64,000 nucleotides of DNA from contig CT868174.1 in assembly GCA_000165425.1 (NCBI GenBank), positions 62,001 to 126,000 on the forward strand. The letters run 5' to 3'. Made by a program: the position numbers and the translations under genes. Source of the stretch: Paramecium tetraurelia. Its lineage: Eukaryota. Shown here in pieces: positions 39,706 through 51,100 of this stretch (position 1 is the first letter of the stretch; every line of letters starts with the position of its first letter). The notes under the pieces were generated by a model. That model was not told the DNA's origin. It ran no database searches and saw only the letters and a program-made list of their open reading frames with translations.

Positions 39706-40894
39706 AAAAATATTTTGAAATATGAATAGGTTTAAGATAAAAACCCATCAATTTTATAGGAAGAGTGAGATTGATATTGATTATCTGATGGCTACATTAC
39801 CTGATGGTGTAAAAATTGTAAGTTCAGAAGAAGAAGAGAGGAATGACATAATTAAATTAGAATTTGATAGAGTCAATTGTTTTCCTTTAAGCGAATTCAT
39901 TTCATATAGTGTATTTCATATAGAATTACATATTAGGAAACTATTATTTTTAGATTGTAACACGGATAAGTATTTACACTTATTGAAAAATTGATATTTC
40001 TAATAGAAAAACTAAATTATGAAAATGGAAAAATCAATTAATATCACATTTGGTTAATATTCAATTAAGAAAATAACCAAAAATTAGAACTATTTAAACG
40101 ATCTATTTTAGACTATAAATTATTTTATTCTTTTCCTCTATTAAACAAAAATAAAGAAGATAAAATCTAAATTATTGAACTAATTACTTAAATTTTCAAA
40201 TTTTGTCAAGATATTCCGTAAGCTTTTCATTTTTTTGAATCAAACAAACCTTACAAAATTTATGAAAAAGAACTTTAATAAGGATTTCAATAATTTAAAT
40301 ACAAATTTATTGATTATTGCCAAAATATAAAAAATATTGATTAAAAAACTTAAGTTGATCTAAATATTGACGTATCTGATGAGTTGGTACAAAATCCAGA
40401 TGATTTAAAGAAGGTTGATCAGTTCATTCAATTTTATATTAAATAAAAACATGATTTAACATCTTTAGAAGCTATTTTAACAGAGTTATTCAAATAATAT
40501 CAATTAGAAAAAGGGTTCCTATCTTTAGGTATGCATAAAAAATAAAATGTTTCAAATTATAAATTAGATGAGTTGAAGAAAATCTTTGAATTTAAATAAG
40601 AATAATAATTGATTAATTTAATATAAGAAACCTTTGAAAGCTTGAATCAAACATAAGATATATTAAAGAATTCTATTAAATATGAAGAATATCCATTAAA
40701 TTCATATGAATTAAAAGATTTATATGAATCTGCTGCTATTATCTATTTTAAACATTAAGGATAATTTAATTCTTTTGATTTATTCATTCAAATTGTAGAA
40801 CAAATTAACAAAAAACAACTCATTTTTGAAAATAAGTTCTTTTATATTATAAAGCCTATTATTTCTGAATACTACTATTCAATTATGGAGTTAT
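39706..40894 (+). repeat. Left arm of a ~1.19-kb inverted repeat (partner 44995-46183)
   Basis: Direct reverse-complement comparison; the two 90-aa ORF-track entries are near identical. Confidence 0.95.
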
Positions 40895-40926
40895 AAGTTT
40901 TAGAATTGATATCTGAATTAATTTGA
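39722..40926 (+). CDS. Lineage-specific protein, copy A (392 aa; possibly a highly degenerate kinase-like fold)
   Basis: Removing the 26-nt intron gtatttc...attag (39911-39936) gives one open code-6 frame MNRFKIKTHQF...ELISELI-TGA. Confidence 0.75.
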
Positions 40927-41176
40927 ATTTATTAAATATTATTTAAAAATCGCCTATTTCAATATTTTTACAATATTAATATGATAAAAGAAGATTAAAC
41001 TTTATTCATTATAATTTTTTTATTTTAATCTTAACTTACTAATATTAATATTGTTATGAATTTATTTATAATTTATATATTAAGACTCTATCTTTCACTT
41101 AAATCTCTTAGTTACATATTTTATGTAATTTCAAATCTGAATAGAATCTTTTGATTTTGCTTACGACTAATCTAAA

Positions 41177-42090
41177 ATGATTAGGCAATCATTATAATCT
41201 CCTTAAGCCTAGACTTACGGAATAAAGCCAAATGCGTAAGGGATGACCAAACAAGGAGTCATTTAAATTAATCCATAAATTACTATCAAATAATTCTAAT
41301 AATTTATATCTATTTAATGTTCACAAGTCACTTTTTTGAATATTAGTATAGCAATTAAAATAAATGATATATAGAGTAGTATTGTGATTAGCATCAAAAC
41401 AATAACTATAGTAATTTGCTTTCTTGTCTAAATCAATTCTCTTGGTTCTATAATTGTAGCTCTGGAATTGCACAAAGACATGTTAGCAAAAGAATCATAG
41501 ACACTAAACTTTATTAATTTTTTACGCTTTTGGATTCATCGTCTTACACTATATAAATTAGCTGACTCTTTTAAGCTTTTAGAGTAAATTAAAGCCAAAA
41601 TAAGTTGTAACTATGGTTGATGTAATCTGCTAAACAATAATTAAAATTATACTTAAATAATAATATCTAGATATTAAGATAACATTACTTATCACATGAA
41701 TCTTAGCTAGACAAAACTAACGCAAATATTTGAAAAATCAAAATTATTCCATAAAAAATATATTGCAGAATCTTAAACATTTTAAAGTTTCTCAAAATAA
41801 GAGTTCCACTTTTAACCTAAAAGCATAATTTTGCAAATAATTAGGAAATTGAAGTGAAAATAAGTATTTAAAAATAGAGGGTAATTATTTATAAGGTATT
41901 ACTTTCGGTCACTGCATATTAAATAACATGTAAAAGAGATTATACTATGCATAATATCATTGGATTTAATTCTTAATTACTAGTTGAAGATTTCATCAAT
42001 CTAATGAGAGCTTTACCAGCTATAAGCGTAATGATAATAGCATATCCAACTAAAATTGAATAACATATGCATGAAATATTTGATTATTAA
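41177..42090 (+). CDS. Possible hypothetical protein (structure unresolved)
   Basis: MIRQSLQSPQAQTYGIKPNAQGMTKQG...; an intron-like gtatag...atatag segment follows, and downstream frame continuity is uncertain. Confidence 0.35.
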
Positions 42091-42369
42091 CATTAATTTA
42101 TTAAATTCATTATATTAAAATTCTAATTCTCTCTTGCAAAATATAGCTCATTCCTTATTTAAATTTATGATTTAGTGTATTTAATCGAATTTTTTAATTT
42201 TAAAATAATTAAGTGGACAAGCACCATCCAATAAATTAAATACTCAAAAATATAATAATTTCATAATTTAGTATAAAAAAGAAGGTACCTAATTATTTCT
42301 AATCAGGATAAATATTTTGAGATTTTATTAATTTATTAAATTCTTTATTAATATACTAGATGATATGTT

Positions 42370-42956
42370 TCACTTCTTCTTGCCTTTTTTTCCTCCAGCA
42401 GCGCCTTTGTCTGCACCAGCAGCTGGAGCAGCAGCAGCAGCGGCAGCAGCTTTGGCAGCTTATTATTTTTTGATTGCTTCTAAGTTGGCTTTAATCTTAA
42501 AATATAGTTTTTATGATTACTGTTGCTTCGTCCATTCTGAAAGTTTAATGGCATGTACCACAATAATGTCTATCAAAATGCTTGGCCATGTAAACACCTT
42601 ATGGGCATTAAGGACATTATTTATGAGATCTTTGGACGACACCCTTATTATCAACGTTGTATAATTTAAGGGTAGCCAACTTAACTTTTCGGTGTCGGTG
42701 CTTCTTCTTTTTGGGCTTGGCAAAGTTCTTCTTCTTTTTCTTCTTTTTCTTACCTCCTTCTGCGTCAACGGTGACATAGTAGATTCTTTCTCCTGCCAAA
42801 ATTGAGGATGCATTGACTAATTCTCCAGATTAAACCAATTGAACTTGACATGCTAATTCAGAGTTCAAAACGTTCATTAATTCAGCTGCAGTACTCTAGT
42901 CTGCTAAGTTGTATGTTTTCACCTCTCCATTAAGGTGACCCACCTAGATGAATCAT
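42370..42956 (-). CDS. RPS27A: Divergent ubiquitin-like domain fused to 40S ribosomal protein S27a (eS31)
   Basis: ...[65 protein letters not shown], then a 25-nt intron and an Ala-rich tail. Apparent extra base just after the first ATG. Confidence 0.9.
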
Positions 42957-42999
42957 AATACTTTTTAAAAAAAAAAGATTTAATTTATATCTCAAATTT

Positions 43000-44571
43000 T
43001 CATAACTATGCTATATATTAATTCAACTCGTCTTCTAATTCTTTTGAATACTTGTTCCCCATATATTTAATATTAACATAAATATTGCTCATTACTATCG
43101 CTCTATCTGCATTCTTCTTACACACTAATTCATATATTTTCTTTCTATCCTAAAATTATTCCTTTAGTTCATGTTTTTATCGCTATAGCATTAATTTATA
43201 AATATAATTATTCAAAATCCAGCTCTCTAAATTTATCTAGTCCTCGTTCTCATATCCTTCAGTCTTTGTTCGTGATACTCAAAGTTTGTTTTGACTTCTT
43301 CTTTGTTATCGGAATTAGGTTTAGTGATCACCTTCACTAATCGAGTGAGCATGTCAGATTCTCTCTGTCTTTTAAAATAGATTAATTAATTACTCATTCT
43401 ATTCGACTTTATTAAGATCGTGCTCCTATTGCTCAAGTAATCTTTATTTATTATTAAATAAATACAATCTTTAGATTTTAGCCTCCTTTAAAGTCTACAT
43501 TCTAAAATCCAGAATATCCTATGAAAATACCCCAAATTTTTCCCATGCTTAAGGTTTTAATAAATATAATACTCTTTCCCATACTTTCATACCGTTTGAA
43601 TGCAACCTATGCTCTTTCTTTTAACTGGCTTTTTATTTCCTCTCTTTATGCAGCCGCCTTATGATATGATTCTGTTCTTCTTGGCTTTTTGTATTTCTTG
43701 TTTTACATATCCTCTCCTTTAAACCAAGTCTTATAGAGATACGATTTCGAGATACGTTTAGCCTCCCCATCAAACATTGCATTTGAAGGGGATTCTCGAG
43801 ATTATTAAAGACCAAATCTAGTATTTTTTGATTAAATATTTACTGTTTGATAGTTTTATTTGATTTTGTTAATATTTTGCTATCCACCTATTTTTTTGAA
43901 TCAATTTCAGAAGACTACTCCATATTTTTATACAATGGTATTTGCTTCTCAATAAATCTAGTCTTAAAACACCTAAATTATGATAAATAATTAAACTCTC
44001 TAGGTTTATGCATAGTCCTTATTTATGTTTAAATCAACTCATCCTCATCCTCCCTTTGAATCAACTTAGCAAAGTCTTCTTAACTGAATATTGGTTATTT
44101 TGTCACATCTGTCTTCCTAAATTGTCCCCATAAATAAATTACTGGATTTTCTGTTTCATCATTGTATAATCCTAACCAAAGTTTGCTGCATGTCTATATT
44201 CAATTATGTACGCGATTGCACTTCCTTTTTAATTTATTTGCACTTCCTCTCTTACTACCGAATCAGGAAACCAATATTTCCGAGCACATCTTTTTAATTA
44301 TCGTGATCTTCATGTTTTTTCTGTTAGACAACCAACCCAGATTAATTTTTTTTCCCTACAATTATTCAATAATGATACTTTTCATTTGCGATTATTTTCT
44401 CATTTCCATCTCTTGTTTAATAATGTCTCTTCCCTTTTTTGTTCTATAATTTTTGAACTCTCCCTTTAATTCCTCGAAACTCTCATTTAACAGATCGTCA
44501 GGATTTATATATTTCTCATAATCTGACTAGGGAATATTTTAATCAAATGCAAATGATTTATAGATCTTCAT
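43000..44571 (-). CDS. Hypothetical coiled-coil protein
   Basis: MKIYKSFAFDQNIPQSDYEKYINPDD... through ...ELEDELNQYIAQL-TGA, with several tiny introns. Confidence 0.6.
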
Positions 44572-44962
44572 AAACTATTATTATATTAATATTAATCAAA
44601 AGCATTAGAACGATAATACAAAAACTTAATTATTTTAATATTGATATAACTTATTAAAACTAATGAAAAAATTGAATATTTGAAATAACTAATGTATTCA
44701 TCTTAGATAGTAAAGTCTATAATTAGAAATCACAAAATGTTTATTCTAATTAATCGATTTGAATTAAAAAATGTTTTTGGATAAATATACTTTTGTGTTT
44801 CATCAGATACAATACATAATTTTGTTAAATTATTTTGAAAGCACTAATTAAAGGAAGCGAGCTCCTGTAGTTTAATTTATTTCTTTTGAATGTAAATGAA
44901 AAAATATAGCCAAACCAAAAATGTAAGACATGAAAAATAGAAAAAATAATCTATATTATATA

Positions 44963-46167
44963 TCATGTTAAGTCATTGGCGTAATTTAGACAGCATAACT
45001 CCATAATAGAATAGTAGTGTTGAGAAATAATAGGCTTTATTATATAAAAGAACTTATTTTCAAAAATGAGTTGTTTTTTGTTAATTTGTTCTACAATTTA
45101 AATAAGTAAATCAAAAGAATTAAAATAGCCTTAATGTTTAAAATAGATAATAGCAGCAGATTCATATAAATCTTCAAATTCTTATGAATTTAATGGATAT
45201 TCTTCATATTTAATAGAATTCTTTAGTACATCTTATGTTTGATTCAAGCTTTCAAAGGTTTCTTATATTAAATTAATCAATTATTATTCTTATTTAAATT
45301 CAAAGATTCTTTTCAAATCATCAAATTTATAATTTGAAACATTTTATTTTTTATGCATACATAAAGAGAAAAGCCCTTTTTCTAATTGATATTATTTGAA
45401 TAACTCTATTAAAATTGCTTCTAAAGGTGTTAAGTCATGTATTTATTTAACATAAAATTGAATGAACTGATCAACCTTCTTTAAATCATCTGGATTTTGT
45501 ACCAACTCATCAGATACGTCAATATTTAGATCAACTTAAGTTTTTTAATCAATATTTTTTATATTTTGGCAATAATCAATAAATTTGTATTTAAATTATT
45601 GAAATCCTTATTAAAGTTCTTTTTCATAAATTTTGTAAGGTTTGTTTGATTCAAAAAAATGAAAAGCTTACGGAATATCTTGACAAAATTTGAAAATTTA
45701 AGTAATTAGTTCAATAATTTAGATTTTATCTTCTTTATTTTTGTTTAATAGAGGAAAAGAATAAAATAATTTATAGTCTAAAATAGATCGTTTAAATAGT
45801 TCTAATTTTTGGTTATTTTCTTAATTGAATATTAACCAAATGTGATATTAATTGATTTTTCCATTTTCATAATTTAGTTTTTCTATTAGAAATATCAATT
45901 TTTCAATAAGTGTAAATACTTATCCGTGTTACAATCTAAAAATAATAGTTTCCTAATATGTAATTCTATATGAAATACACTATATGAAATGAATTCGCTT
46001 AAAGCAATACAATTGACTCTATCAAATTCTAATTTAATTATGTCATTCATCTCTTCTTCTTCTGAACTTACAATTTTTACACAATCAGGTAATGTAGCCA
46101 TCAGATAATCAATATCAATCTCACTCTTCCTATAAAATTGATGGGTTTTTATCTTAAACCTATTCAT
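44963..46167 (-). CDS. Lineage-specific protein, copy B (inverted paralog of 39722-40926)
   Basis: Same length (1205 nt) and same intron as copy A; different last residues ...IMELCCLNYANDLT-TGA. Confidence 0.75.
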
Positions 46168-46183
46168 ATTTCAAAATATTTTT
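44995..46183 (-). repeat. Right arm of the ~1.19-kb inverted repeat
   Basis: Reverse complement of 39706-40894. Confidence 0.95.
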
Positions 46184-46330
46184 TACTTTAAAAAATAATA
46201 TGATTTATTTTAGATATTTATTGTTCATTTATTCTCCTATATTAACAGTTTTTCATACTTCAGTTTAGGATGGATAATTTCAATATTTTTCAATTCTAGA
46301 AATGAATTGTATCATAAATTCTGCTAATCA

Positions 46331-47789
46331 ATGAGTACTATCCATTTTTGTATATAAACAAAATCAAAAAATAATTGTGTCAAGTTTCACAGAATAAGGT
46401 AACATTGCTTCTTCAGAAGTTCAAAAAAGTATGAAAGATTTCTAAGGTAACTTGTGTAAGATGTAAAAAATCTTGCAAACAAACTACCTTAAAAATACAT
46501 TTTGATATGAGAACTCTAAAGATTTTACATAGAATAATGTGGTTCCAATTGAAATTACAATACATAAAGAATGATTTTCCTCATAATGAAACTATTGAAT
46601 ATGATTTTCATTTATATAAATAATGCTAAATATTTTGGGAAGATATTAGAAAAATATCTTCCATTAGAAGAATCAATAAACCCAGGGTGATATATTTGCA
46701 ATTTTACATATTATTACTGTTTATTGAAGAGTTAAGGCGCTCTCATATCAACCCTGCTTGTTTGTTCATTTTCTTAGACTTAATATAATTTTAATGGAGA
46801 TGTAAGATGTTTTTGTTGAAAATCTTTTGTGAGTATTTCATGTGTTGCATTAGAGTGATTATTTGTATAAGTGATTAAATATAATTATGCAAAATATTAA
46901 ATAAAGAAAACCTTATTTATAAGTTCACTTTTAACCTCTAACCGAGCGAATTGAGAGAAAGAAATAAACATAAATGAAGAATGTGTTGTTGAGAAATGTG
47001 CATACTAAGAGAATCAAACGAAGCTTCAGTTTGCCTCACAATTAAAGATTTTTGAATAGATATGAATCTATACCAAAAAACCTCCATCCATCTCGAAAAG
47101 AAACCATAGAGGAACTTCAATCAAGAGAATAATCTCCATAAAAAAGAGAGTCTTTAGTAACCAATACTAAATACTCATAAAAATATATAGAAGTGAAAGA
47201 AAGATAGTAGAGAAAGAGTTGCGATTGCTAAGAATGTGGAAAAGAAACCAATTTTCAAAGAGATTCAATGAAGGAAGGTGTTTTCATAATGTAATAAATA
47301 AAAGAATAGGAAGCTTTGGCAAATAAATATTAGAGAACTTAAAAAAAACAACATGAAAAATTATATCCACAATATTTGAATATGAAGAGCATACATTTAG
47401 ACGATAATAACGATCCTCGTAATGATTTCATTATAAATTCGTTTGAGCATCTGGAAGATGTGCCTACATAAATTTGTGCAAACAAAAATAAAAGCAAGTC
47501 TAGCTTTTTTGACTCTTTTTTAATAAAATAACAATAGATTGTGGTTGACGAAATGAGAAAATTTTCCAATCACAGAAAAATTCTTGATAAATGCCGTTCG
47601 ATTCCATTTCTCCCAAGTGACTTTTAAAAAGTATTGACTCCTAGAACACCAGCAACAATGACAACGACTATGGCTTAATCTCCAAGAAAATTCAAAACTA
47701 ATGTCAAAATGTATCTTTAACCAATCAAAAGACCTTAGAAATAACATAATAGATTGCTAACCCTTCAAGAATTTAGATAATATATATGA
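46331..47789 (+). CDS. Hypothetical protein (5' structure uncertain)
   Basis: The 3' part is a clear long frame ending ...LLTLQEFRQYI-TGA; 5' exons were not firmly resolved. Confidence 0.45.
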
Positions 47790-48198
47790 ATTAATTTTTG
47801 ATAATATTTTTATATTAATTTGATTAAAATTAAAGATTTAGATTAAAATATTGGAAAAACAACCTGATTTTAATCCATCTAAAAGAAGAGAAACTATTTA
47901 TGGATAACTAATAAATATAATACAGAACTTAGATTTTTCTTATTTTAAATGATTGATCGGATTTTCTTTTTAGATATATCTCTTTCCATTAAATAGGAGA
48001 CATGAATGAATATAATTTATAGAATTTTGGTTATGGAGAACATCACCCTATTTTCAATAGAATGTTCGTGAATATAGATAAATTAAGATGTTATATGGAA
48101 TATAAATTTATGAATTAATTTATTATAATTATTAAACCTCATAAAAATTAGTCATAAATCCATCAGATTTTTTTAATTGAATATCATAATTAAGATAA

Positions 48199-51100
48199 AT
48201 GAAAACTCGAGGATAAAAACCAGAACAAAACTTCGCATATCAATTCAAGAAGGATCAGATTCTAGGGTAAAACGAAAAAGGAAAGCCGGTCTTCTATAAG
48301 GTAGTAGAAGATCTATAAACAAATGATCATAAATCATAATTAAAGGTTGTAAGACTGGAGTAGTAAGAGAAGCAGAAGGATGGTAAAGTAGTCTACAAAG
48401 AATCATAGGAAGCTTTGCTACCTGTGAAGGAGAGAACGTAAAATATATAATTATTTTAGATAAATTGTTGAAGATGTTGAGGTAAAATCCACAAAACCAA
48501 ATCCAAAGAGTAAATCGACTGTGAATTCCTTTGTATTCTCTCATGATACCTTATAAGAGATAGCAAAGAGCATTAGACAAATTCCCGCCAATAGCCATAA
48601 GTAAAAGAAATAGGTGAGCTCTGGAAGTGAAAGTGAAGATGAAGAACCCCCTAAAAAGTGCATCATTAAGTAGGGAACCAAACAAGTCGTTAAGGTAGAG
48701 ACTCAAAAAAAGGAAGTTAAGAATAATAAGAAAAAAAAGGATGAATCAGATGAGAGTTTTGAGGAATCTTCAGAAGAGGAACCACCAAAAAAATAGACAT
48801 CATTAAAGAAGCCGACCCCAAAATAGGTTAAGAGTAATCAAAAAGGAGGGAAGTAAGTAAGGATGGAGGAAAGTGAAGAGAGTTATGGAGATGAAAGTGA
48901 GTAAGATTAAAAAAAGAAAAGAGTCTCAAGATAGCAACCCTCCTCTAGAAGGGATAAACTAGAATTATCTCCAATTCAAGCAAGGAGAAGTAGAGCTCAG
49001 AGAAGGTTAGATAATGGAGAAAATGATAAAGTTGAAGATAATTAACTTTAATCTTAATCTGTTGAGGAAAAGAAAAAGAAAACTAAGGCAAGTGAAAAGA
49101 AATCCAAATCTTAACCTGCTCAACCACCCAAATTTATTAAGGGAAAAATTAATCACAGATTACAGAGAGATAAAGGAAATTAATGAACAATTTGAAGGAA
49201 CATCTTCTAAATTTACTGATTATTCTAGTACTCTGATGAATAATAAGGAGTTGATTCGAGCTGCTAATACAGGAAATGTTAAATTATTGGAAGATATCTT
49301 TACTCATTCAATAAAGATTAGTAATCTCTTTTAAAAATGGGCTCCTGAAAACGACGTGAATGCTATTGAAATCATATTTAAAAGGTAAGATAGAGCTATG
49401 TTACTTTAATTTATAAAAGCCATAAATAAAGTAAGACTTGGTTATGCTCCCAGATGCTCACTCAAGGAAATCTAAACAGGATATAATGATTAATATGCTT
49501 ATGGTGCTAGAACTAGAAAGGTTGCCTTAAGTAGAGGAGGAAGAGAAGGAAATAATGCTTTTGTTTACGATTTGAATTAGGAGGATAGTTTAACTGAGAC
49601 TTAAATTCAAAGATTGATGAGAATTGAAAGTGATCCAGAATTCTTTGGTTTAATGATGGCCTAATTGGGTGGTGAACATGAATATTATAGTATGGTTGCT
49701 ATGGCAGTCAGAAGTGGAAATTGGGCGACAGCTGGTTATTTGGTTCAAATGGCAATGGATAAAGGACATATGTATGGATTTAATTAAGTTCACGTGGACG
49801 TCTTGAATTATACTAGTGGAAGTCGCATAGGCAGTATCAAAAAACCTTCAGCGACAAAGAAAACAGGAGGTGACTATTTAATTACTCCGATTCATTGTGC
49901 AGCCATAAACCCAAGTCATACATGTCTTTAGAAATTATTAGATATTTCTTAGGAATACAATATTTTGGATGAAATACATAGAAAACCCATCCATTATGCA
50001 GCAGTATCTTAGACATCAGCCTGCTTAAAATATCTAATGGAGAACAATATAGATGTAAGAGAAGGAGATAGAAGTAAGAACACTCCTTTGATTTTGGCAG
50101 CCTAATTTGGTCGTACACATAATGTCTAACTTCTGGCTTCTAATTTTGTAGATGGAAAAAATAGAGATGGAAATGCAGCTATACATGTTGCATGCAAAGG
50201 AGGACATTTGGAAACTGTAAAGGTTCTTCTAAAAAATGGATCAAAAATCAATTTAACAGGACAAAACAAAATGACTCCATTGAATATTGCCTGTGCATAT
50301 GGTCATTTCGATCTAGCTAAGTACTTAATTGACAAAGGAGCTAAAGTGTTGGCTAAGGATAAATATGGAAGGTCTTCATTGGTTTTGGCTGCCAGAAATG
50401 GTAATGTTAAGATTCTTTCCTTATTGCTTTGTCATGGAGCTGAATACGATTCACCAGACAGCTCTAAAAATACTCCTCTACATTACGCAGCCGCATATGG
50501 TTTTCCAGAGTGTATAACTGAATTAATGAAAGTTGGAGCTGATTAAAATCTCCCAAATTCCTGGAAATTGACTCCCTTATCAGTAGCTTTATAGAAAAAT
50601 CATTTAGGTATTGTTAAATAGTTGCTGAGTTATCCCTCTACTGATGTTAACTGTAAGGATGACGAAGGCAGAACATTAATTTCTTCAAGTCTAAGCAAAT
50701 TTACTGAGGATACTTTTGAGTATATGAAATATCTGATTTTGGAAAAGAATGCTGATGTCAAGATTGCAGATCTATAAGACAAGACACCATTACATTATGC
50801 TGTATTGCTCTCCAGAAAGGATGCAAAATAATACTATTCTAAATGGAATGACCTAACTAAAACAGAAAGAAGAAATATCAAAAATAATTATGAAAGTTTA
50901 GTCCATTAAATGATTGAACTCTTGATTAATGCAGGTTCAGATGTAAATGCTTAAGATGCAAATGGATTTACACCATTCATTCTATCCTTTATGAACTAGA
51001 ATTTCAAGGTTTCAGAATTACTAATGAAATTGTCTAATCCAATAGTTAACTATGTTGACAAAAAAGATCGAAATATTTTGCATAAGCTAATTGAATGCAA

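Noticed and set aside
39706..46183. Inverted repeats as terminal repeats of a DNA transposon or composite element
   Set aside because: The arms are complete intron-containing genes, and the spacer holds a ribosomal protein gene. I found no transposase motif or target-site duplication.
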